A DNA stretch of 64,000 nt from the NCBI GenBank assembly GCA_963767005.1, contig CAVYCN010000008.1, positions 113,021 through 177,020 of the forward strand. The letters run 5' to 3'. Shown here piece after piece: positions 56,366 to 64,000 of this stretch (positions within the stretch are counted from its first letter, which is position 1; every line of letters starts with the position of its first letter). The position numbers were made by a program, and so were the translations under genes. Origin of the DNA: an uncultured Actinomycetes bacterium. Lineage in GTDB: Bacteria > Actinomycetota > Thermoleophilia > UBA2241. Below the pieces are notes generated by a model, which saw nothing but the letters and a program-made list of their open reading frames with translations, ran no database searches and was not told where the DNA came from.

Positions 56366-57406
56366 CTAGCGCGACCCGTCGGGTGTGCCGGTCGCGCCGG
56401 GCCCCCGCGCCGCGGCACCGGCACCCGTCTGGCGGGCGGCGAAGTCGAGCGCCTCGAGGTAGCGCTCGGCCTGGATCGCGGCGAGCGCCCCTTCGCCCAC
56501 GGCGTTGGCGATCTGCTTGATGAGGCCGGCCCGGGCGTCGCCGCAGGCGAACAGGCCGGGCCGGCCCGCGCAGAGCTGCCCGTCGGTCACGATGTAGCCG
56601 GCCTCGTCGAGCTCGACCAGGCCGCGTACGAACCCGGTCTGCGGGATCTGGCCGACGTAGAAGAACACGCCCGACACCGGCAGCGTGTGCAGCGTGCCGT
56701 CGACCACGTCCTCGTACTCGACGGCCTCGACCTTCGTGTCGCCGACGATGCGCCGCACCACGCCGTTCCAGACGAAGTGCATGTTGTCCTTGGCGAAGGC
56801 GCGCTCCTGGGCGATCGCCGTGGCGCGCAGCGCGTCGCGCCGGTGCACGACGTGCACGGTCGAGGCGAAGCGGGTGAGGAACATGCCCTCTTCGACGGCC
56901 GCGTTGCCACCGCCGATCACCACGACCTCCTTGTCGCGGTAGAGCGGCCCGTCGCAGGTCGCGCAGTACGACACGCCGCGGCCCATGAACTCGGCCTCGC
57001 CCGGCACGCCGAGCTTGCGCGCCTCGACGCCGGGCGACAGGATCACGGCTCGCGCGATCACGGTGTCTTCGTCGGTCACCACGCGCCAAGTGCCGTCGGA
57101 TGACTGCTCGAGCGCCTCGACGCCGGTGATCTCGCGCAGGTCCGCGCCGAACTGGCCGGCCTGCTGCTTCATCTTCTCGGCCAGGTCGAAGCCGGTGATG
57201 CCCTCGGGAAAGCCGGGGTAGTTCTCGATGCGCTCGGTCACCGCCATGATGCCGCCGGCCGTGTTGCGCTCGAGCACGACCGTGTTCAGGCGGGCGCGCG
57301 AGCAGTAGATCGCGGCCGTCATGCCGCCCGGCCCGGCGCCCACGACGGCGACGTCGAACGAGTCGCCGCGCGGCGCGCCCTCGCCGGGCAGCACGAACGA
57401 GCTCAC
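56366..57406 (-). CDS. trxB: Thioredoxin reductase
   Basis: GAGPGG, ENYPGF, GVSYCATCDG, GGGNAA and HRRD motifs. Confidence 0.95.
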   Translation of the reverse strand: MSSFVLPGEGAPRGDSFDVAVVGAGPGGMTAAIYCSRARLNTVVLERNTAGGIMAVTERIENYPGFPEGITGFDLAEKMKQQAGQFGADLREITGVEALEQSSDGTWRVVTDEDTVIARAVILSPGVEARKLGVPGEAEFMGRGVSYCATCDGPLYRDKEVVVIGGGNAAVEEGMFLTRFASTVHVVHRRDALRATAIAQERAFAKDNMHFVWNGVVRRIVGDTKVEAVEYEDVVDGTLHTLPVSGVFFYVGQIPQTGFVRGLVELDEAGYIVTDGQLCAGRPGLFACGDARAGLIKQIANAVGEGALAAIQAERYLEALDFAARQTGAGAAARGPGATGTPDGSR

Positions 57407-58452
57407 TGGGCCGCCCTCGCCGGCCGGGCGGGCACGCGCAGCAGGTCGCGGGCGACGAGCGTCTCGGCGATCTGCACGGCGTTCAGAGCCGCCCCCTTGC
57501 GCAGGTTGTCGGCCACGCACCAGAAGTTGATGGCGTGCGGCGCGGTGTCGTCGTCGCGGATGCGGCCCACGTAGACCGGGTCCCTGCCCTCGGCGTCGAG
57601 TGGCGTCGGGTAGCGGCCGTCCTGCGGGTCGTCGACGACCTCGACGCCGGGCGCCGCGGCCAGCAGCTCGCGAGCCCGGGCCGCCCCGAGCGGCCTGCTC
57701 GTCTGCACGTTGACGGCCTCGGCGTGCGCCCCAAAGACCGGCACGCGCACGCAGGTCGCCGTGACCTTGATCCGCGGGTCGGCGAAGATCTTGACGGTCT
57801 CGTCGACCATCTTGCGCTCCTCCTTGGTCGAGCCGTCGGCGAGGAAGCTGTCGATGTGGGGCAGCAGGTTGAAGGCGATGCGCCGCGGATAGAAGGCCGG
57901 CTCCAGCTCGGCGCCGGCCGCCCAGGCGCGCGCCTGCCCCGCGAGGTCGTCGACGCCGCGCTTGCCGCTGCCCGACACGGACTGGTAGGTCGACACGACG
58001 ACGCGCTCGATGCCGGCCGCGTCGTGGATCGGCTTGAGCGCGACCACCATCTGGATGGTCGAGCAGTTGGGCGTGGCGATGATGCCGCAGTGGCCAGCGA
58101 GGTGGTCGGCGTTGACCTCGGGCACGACGAGCGGCACGTCGGGGGCGCCGCGAAAGGCGCTCGACTTGTCGATCGCCACGGCGCCCGCCGCCACGGCGAC
58201 CGGCACGAACTGCCGGCTGACGGCGCCGCCGGCGGCGAAGAAGGCGAGGTCGACGCCGGCGAAGGCGTCGGCCGAGAGCTCGGCGACCGCGTGCTGAGCA
58301 CCGTTGAAGGGGAGCTGCGTGCCGCGCGAGCGCGAGCTCGCCAGCAGGCGCAGCTCAGCGACGGGAAAGGCGCGCTGCTCGAGGATGGCGCGCACGGTGC
58401 CGCCCACGACCCCCGTGGCGCCGACGATCGCGACCGTGTAGCGGCGGCTCAC
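57403..58452 (-). CDS. asd: Aspartate-semialdehyde dehydrogenase
   Basis: GATGVVG, PNCSTIQ, TYQSVSG, CVRVPV and DNLRKGAA motifs. Confidence 0.97.
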   Translation of the reverse strand: MSRRYTVAIVGATGVVGGTVRAILEQRAFPVAELRLLASSRSRGTQLPFNGAQHAVAELSADAFAGVDLAFFAAGGAVSRQFVPVAVAAGAVAIDKSSAFRGAPDVPLVVPEVNADHLAGHCGIIATPNCSTIQMVVALKPIHDAAGIERVVVSTYQSVSGSGKRGVDDLAGQARAWAAGAELEPAFYPRRIAFNLLPHIDSFLADGSTKEERKMVDETVKIFADPRIKVTATCVRVPVFGAHAEAVNVQTSRPLGAARARELLAAAPGVEVVDDPQDGRYPTPLDAEGRDPVYVGRIRDDDTAPHAINFWCVADNLRKGAALNAVQIAETLVARDLLRVPARPARAAQ

Positions 58453-58482
58453 GACCGGCCTTCCGCGCCGCCGCGGCGGCGC

Positions 58483-59742
<1,260 letters not shown>

Positions 59743-59920
59743 GCGCGTGCGACCTCCCTTGGTCCCGGAGCTTGTGAGTGTACCGGAACGGTGGCGCGTC
59801 GTGCCATGCGGGACGGGGCCATCGAGGCCGTCGCGGACAGGCCGGCGCCGGCGGCACGGAGCCGGCCGCGAGCCTCGTTCACCAGATCCTCTCGCGCCCT
59901 GTCCGGCGCGCCGCTGCGGG

Positions 59921-60676
59921 CTATGCGGCAAGCGGCGGGGCGACCGGGGTGCTCTCGCGCTTGTGGCGGCTGGCCGCGACGCGGCGCTCGATCTCGGCGG
60001 CGTGCGGGCCGCGCTGGCCGGCGAGGTGGGCCTCGAGCTCCGCGTAGGTGAAGCCGAGCTCGTCCTCGTCGGTCTGACCGGGCCACAGGCCGGCCGAGGG
60101 CGGCTTGTCGACGACGCGCTCGGGCACGCCGAGGTGACGGGCCAGCTCGAGCACGGTCGACTTCTGGATGCTGCCCAGCGGCAGCAGGTCGGCCGCGCCG
60201 TCGCCGTGCTTGGTGTAGTAGCCCACGGCCAGCTCGCCGGCGTTGCCGGTGCCGACGACCCGGTAGCCCAGGTGGTTGGCGAAGGCGTAGAGCGCGGTCA
60301 TGCGGAGGCGCGGCTTGACGTTGGCCGTGGCCGAGCGGTCGTCGGCCGGCAGCTCGCTGCAGCTCACGTGCAGCTCGCGGGTGAGCACGTGGAAGGTCGG
60401 CGTGAGGTCGATCGTGCACGACGCGATGCCGAAGTGGTGGGCCACGAGGTGAGCGTCGTCGATGTCGGCGGGGTCGCTCGCGCAGGGCATGACGAGCGCC
60501 ATGCTGTGGTGCGGGAAGGCGCGCTTGCACAGGGTGGCGACGACCGCGGAGTCGACGCCGCCCGAGACGCCGACGATCGCGCCGACCCCGCCGCTGCCCT
60601 CGATCGTGCTCTCGATCCAGCCGGCCAGATGACGGGCCAGCTCCTCCATGTCGTGCTCGTGAGTGGCGTCCGCCAT
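59921..60676 (-). CDS. nadE: NH3-dependent NAD+ synthetase
   Basis: [25 protein letters not shown] and [14 protein letters not shown]; no glutaminase domain. Confidence 0.95.
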   Translation of the reverse strand: MADATHEHDMEELARHLAGWIESTIEGSGGVGAIVGVSGGVDSAVVATLCKRAFPHHSMALVMPCASDPADIDDAHLVAHHFGIASCTIDLTPTFHVLTRELHVSCSELPADDRSATANVKPRLRMTALYAFANHLGYRVVGTGNAGELAVGYYTKHGDGAADLLPLGSIQKSTVLELARHLGVPERVVDKPPSAGLWPGQTDEDELGFTYAELEAHLAGQRGPHAAEIERRVAASRHKRESTPVAPPLAA

Positions 60677-60736
60677 GTCGATCGCCCCCTCCGTCGAGTG
60701 CCCTCGCGGCTCGAGCTTATGTTCCCCGCCGGCGGC

Positions 60737-62065
60737 TCAGAGCACCTTGTAGTACTTGTCGATCTCCCAGCGGGTGACCTGCTCGCGGTACTCGTACCAC
60801 TCGTTGAGCTTGTTCTTGATGAAGCGCTCGAAGATGTGGTCGCCCAGCGCGCGGCGTACGAGCTCGCTCTCGTTGGTGAGCTTGACCGCCTCGTAGAGGT
60901 TGTTGGGCAGCGAGTCGAGGCCCACGGCCTCGCGCTCGTCGGCGGTCATCTTGTAGATGTTGGGCTCGACCGAGGGCGGCAGCTCGTAGTCGTTCTCGAT
61001 GCCTTCGAGCCCGGCGGCCAGCATGACGGCGAAGGCCAGGTAGGGGTTGGCGGCCGGATCGGGGTTGCGCAGCTCGGCGCGCACCGTGCTCTCCTTGCCC
61101 TGCACGTAGAGTGGCACGCGGATGAGCGCGGTGCGGTTGCGGTGCGCCCACGAGATGTAGACGGGCGCCTCGTAGCCCGGCACGAGGCGCTTGAAGCTGT
61201 TGACGTACTGGTTGAGGATCGAGCAGATCTCGCTCATATGCTTGAGCTGCCCGGCGATGTAGCCCTTGGCGACGTCGGAGAGGTGGTTGGGGTCTCTCTC
61301 CGAGAAGAAGGCGTTGTCGGCGCCCTTGAACAGCGACTGGTGCACGTGCATGCCGCTGCCGTTCACGCCGTGCAAGGGCTTGGGCATGAATGTGGCGTGC
61401 ACGCCGTTGTGGGCGGCGACCTCTTTGACGATCAGGCGGCAGATCATGACGCGGTCGGCCATGACCAGGGCCTCGTCGTAGTGCGGGTCGATCTCGTGCT
61501 GCGAGGGAGCGACCTCGTGGTGCGAGGCCTCCATCGGGATGTCGAGGCGGTCGAGCGTGCGGATGGTCTGCTTGCGCAGGTCGTTGCCGAGGTCGGCCGG
61601 CAGCACGTCGAAATAGCCGCCCTCGTCGGTGAGCTCGGGCTCGCGCTCGCCCTTGAAGTAGAAGTACTCGAGCTCGGGGCCGACGAACATGTCGAGGCCC
61701 ATCTTGCGGGCGCGCTCGAGCTGGCGGCGCAGCACCCAGCGCGGGTCGCCCTCGAAGGGCTTGTAGTCGCGGCCCAGCACGTCGCAGAACACGAAGGCCG
61801 TCTTCTCGTGGTTCTGCGACCAGGGCAGCACCTTGAAAGTGTCCCAGTCGGGCATCGCCACGATGTCGGACTCCTCGATCTCGGCGTAGCCGGTGATCGA
61901 GGAGCCGTCGAAGGCGGCGCCCGACTCGATGATGCTGTCGAGCTGGCGGTCGGGCACCTCGACCATCTTGAGGTTGCCGAGGATGTCGGTGAACCACAGC
62001 TGGATGTGCTTCACCTGCTCGTCGGCGACGAGCTTGCGGATGCTGGCCTGGCGCTCCTGATCCAT
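60737..62065 (-). CDS. glnA: Glutamine synthetase, GSI-alpha type
   Basis: FDGSSI, GPELEY, HHEVAPSQHE, FMPKP, NGSGMH, PGYEAP and NRTALIR; 442 aa. Confidence 0.95.
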   Translation of the reverse strand: MDQERQASIRKLVADEQVKHIQLWFTDILGNLKMVEVPDRQLDSIIESGAAFDGSSITGYAEIEESDIVAMPDWDTFKVLPWSQNHEKTAFVFCDVLGRDYKPFEGDPRWVLRRQLERARKMGLDMFVGPELEYFYFKGEREPELTDEGGYFDVLPADLGNDLRKQTIRTLDRLDIPMEASHHEVAPSQHEIDPHYDEALVMADRVMICRLIVKEVAAHNGVHATFMPKPLHGVNGSGMHVHQSLFKGADNAFFSERDPNHLSDVAKGYIAGQLKHMSEICSILNQYVNSFKRLVPGYEAPVYISWAHRNRTALIRVPLYVQGKESTVRAELRNPDPAANPYLAFAVMLAAGLEGIENDYELPPSVEPNIYKMTADEREAVGLDSLPNNLYEAVKLTNESELVRRALGDHIFERFIKNKLNEWYEYREQVTRWEIDKYYKVL

Positions 62066-62209
62066 GGTAGTCGTCCTTTCAGGCCGTGTGTGTGGAAACG
62101 CCCTCCTTTTAGCAGACGACGGGCCGGCGGAGCAACAGTGGCGGCGCGCTCGCGGGGTCGCCGGGGGGCAGGCTTTGGCGCGAGCGTGGCGAACACTTGC
62201 TCAGGCTCG

Positions 62210-62239
62210 TTGCACGCACGTTCGACACGTGCCTATAAT
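62210..62239 (+). promoter_or_regulatory. Near-consensus sigma70-type promoter with a palindrome in the spacer
   Basis: TTGCAC-N18-TATAAT; the spacer contains GCACGT-N5-ACGTGC (62216-62232). Confidence 0.75.
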
Positions 62240-62296
62240 GCGCCCGACAGCGGGGGACAAACGGCCGGACAACACCGGCCGGAAAGGAGGGTCTGC

Positions 62297-62446
62297 ATGG
62301 CGACCGAGGCGTATTGCGTCAAGTGCCGCACCAAGCGCGCGATGAAGGACGAGAAGAAAGTCACGATGAAGAACGGCAAGCCCGCGACCCAGGGCGTCTG
62401 CCCGACGTGCGGGACCAAGATGTTCAAGATCGGCGCTGGCAAGTAG
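62297..62446 (+). CDS. DUF5679-type small basic zinc-ribbon protein (49 aa)
   Basis: GAAAGGAGG-N6-ATG; MATEAYCVKCRTKRAMKDEKKVTMKNGKPATQGVCPTCGTKMFKIGAGK. Confidence 0.88.
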   Translation: MATEAYCVKCRTKRAMKDEKKVTMKNGKPATQGVCPTCGTKMFKIGAGK

Positions 62447-62475
62447 CACTCGCCTCACGAACAGCAGGACGTTAC

Positions 62476-62514
62476 GGGGCGGGCGGCCCTTGGGCCGCCC
62501 GCCCCTCTTTTCTT
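62476..62514 (+). terminator. Intrinsic terminator
   Basis: GGGGCGGGCGGCCC-TT-GGGCCGCCCGCCCC followed by TCTTTTCTT. Confidence 0.88.
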
Positions 62515-62537
62515 GCCGCGCGCGGTCTCGGGCGGGG

Positions 62538-62849
62538 TTAGGCGGCCCGGCGGCCGGCCTCGCCGCCGAGCTGCTTCTCCTCCAGCTTCTCGCTGATGTT
62601 CTGCCCGGCGTTGCCCACGACCTGACTGGCGGGGCCCTTCCAGACCTCCTCCAGCCGGCTCGCGAAGGTCTCGGCTTCGCCGAGCGTGCCGAACTCGAGA
62701 TGCCCGACCACCATGTGCTCGTCGCCCGCCGGCCGTTCGATGCTGTAACGGCGCACGCCCGACGACTCGCGGCCGAGCGGGTCGCTGTCGAACATGTTCT
62801 TCCACGCGGCGTAGTCGGGGACAGTTTGCCAGAAGTTCACGATGTACAT
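62538..62849 (-). CDS. Small hypothetical protein, probable dimeric alpha-beta barrel
   Basis: VPDYAAWKNMFDSDPLGRESSGVRRYSI...LEF....AETF; GAGGG SD and typical codon usage. Confidence 0.7.
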   Translation of the reverse strand: MYIVNFWQTVPDYAAWKNMFDSDPLGRESSGVRRYSIERPAGDEHMVVGHLEFGTLGEAETFASRLEEVWKGPASQVVGNAGQNISEKLEEKQLGGEAGRRAA

Positions 62850-63146
62850 GATGCTGCCCTCTCGTCGGGGATGCTGAGGATGATCCGTCTATACCCGAGG
62901 GGGGAGCGTCTGCGGCCGTATCCGCGGGAGGCCCGAGCCGAATCGCCAGGTCGGTCGGCCCCGCTTACCGCTTCTCCCCCACCTGCGGAGACCTACCGCT
63001 CCGGCGGGTATATGCGGGGGTGAGTCATCCGCGCCGAGACCAACGCGCAGGGAGATCCCTACAGGTTCGGCACGTAGCCGTCGAGAGCGCAGCGAAGAGC
63101 GCAGGCTCCCGAAGGACGTGAGGGTGCTGACGGGAGGAGGACGAGA

Positions 63147-63620
63147 GTGTCCACGGTCGTCGATTTCGAAGATGTGTCCACGGTGGGTCTGGAGTCATCA
63201 CCTGTAGCAGGCGCGCTTGCCGGCCTGCGGGCAAACGAAGCGCGCTACTTCATGAACAAGTACAAGCACGAGTTCGCCGTCACACCAGCCGCTGAGAGCC
63301 AGGACACACTCGACTACGTGAGCCGGATTCTCAAGGACGAACGCGGCATCGAGATCGCCGCCAAGCCCTTGGAGACGTCGCGATTCCGGGTGGAGAACAT
63401 CGAATGGGCCTACGTGTTCTATGAGAGTGGCCTTGAGGTCAACGTCCTGTACACGATCGATGACCCCAAGAAACGGGCTGTGGGCTTCAAGCTCTCGGAC
63501 GGGATGGAAGTGCCCACCGAGCTGGAGGAGAAGTTCAAGTTCGCGAGGCAGAGGTCCAGGCTGGCCGGGACGATCCGTGGCTCGTTCTTCGTGATCAAGG
63601 GCGAGTATCGGAGCCCGTGA
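63147..63620 (+). CDS. Hypothetical protein with lower GC than the flanking genes
   Basis: GGAGGAGG SD before GTG; 157-aa ORF with protein-like composition (ALAGLRANEARYF, RAVGFKLS). Confidence 0.8.
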   Translation: MSTVVDFEDVSTVGLESSPVAGALAGLRANEARYFMNKYKHEFAVTPAAESQDTLDYVSRILKDERGIEIAAKPLETSRFRVENIEWAYVFYESGLEVNVLYTIDDPKKRAVGFKLSDGMEVPTELEEKFKFARQRSRLAGTIRGSFFVIKGEYRSP

Positions 63621-63829
63621 ACGTGGAGCCCCGCTGGCCGACGAGAGAACAGACGCCACACGCGATCACCGTCCTGCACGTGCCGGGCTGCGTCGGCAGC
63701 GCCGGCCCGCCTACCGGATCGCCGCCGCGCGAGACGACGTCGAGGTCCGCGACGTGCTCATCGAGCGCGAGGATCGCCGACCACCTGAGCGAGGCGCAGA
63801 TGCTCGCATGCCTCGGTACGCCCGGGTGA
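63617..63829 (+). pseudogene. Possible frameshifted remnant of a small thioredoxin-fold gene
   Basis: ITVLHVPGC in one frame, then RIAAARDDVEVRDVLIE in another. Confidence 0.3.
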
Positions 63830-63932
63830 GGATGTCGTCGCGCGTTGCCCGCAGGTCGAGCAACCGATTGGCGACTCTGGTATTCTTGCGGGGACCGATG
63901 CCGGGGTAATAATCCCTGTAAATCGGCACTAT

Positions 63933-64000
63933 GCCCTCGTAGCTCAGTGGATAGAGCACAGGTTTCCTAAACCTGGTGTCGCTGGTTCGATTCCAGCCGG
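63933..64000 (+). tRNA. tRNA-Arg(CCT), 3' end beyond the window
   Basis: GCCCTCG TA GCTC-AGTGGATA-GAGC A CAGGT-TTCCTAA-ACCTG GTGTC GCTGG-TTCGATT-CCAGC CGG... Confidence 0.95.

Noticed and set aside
59743-59920. Lysine riboswitch before lysC
   Set aside because: No recognisable conserved core; it looks like an ordinary GC-rich spacer within a co-oriented run.
62186-62201. Sigma-54 promoter (TGGCGAACACTTGCT) near glnA
   Set aside because: GG-to-GC spacing is 9 nt rather than the required 10, and it faces away from glnA.

Overview
High-GC (roughly 70% by eye) bacterial chromosome segment. Gene content suggests a deep-branching, probably anaerobic or facultative actinobacterium (Thermoleophilia-like; this is inference). 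From left to right it holds: tatC/tatB; a 15-kb complex I operon; ymdB; a ~31-kb surface-polysaccharide locus with an embedded tRNA-Cys; a HAD-GtrA-GT87 operon; ileS plus a methyltransferase; a glnA-nadE-lysC-asd-trxB-trxA-tautomerase run; a small zinc-ribbon gene; a lower-GC patch; and tRNA-Arg(CCT) cut by the window end. The main discovery is in the complex I operon. It has the 11-subunit order nuoABCDH-I-JKLMN, but nuoI is split in two. Its N-half is fused to a HydC/NuoE subunit and its C-half is fused to the end of a NuoG/GltD (StnC-like) subunit, with a HydB-type NuoF carrying bifurcation signatures between them. A HydABC/Stn-type module therefore appears to have been inserted into nuoI, which would make the N6a/N6b clusters inter-subunit. 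The GltD domain has a degenerate NADPH site and His at the non-Cys cluster-ligand position. Secondary findings: a tRNA-Cys with a non-canonical anticodon loop (G32, C33, C38) inside a locus encoding a FemAB-like transferase; an fcl gene with no standard start codon (probable AUC start); an unannotated 30-aa ORF with a perfect Shine-Dalgarno (SD); and several perfect palindromes and inverted repeats. All calls come from reading the sequence; no searches were run.
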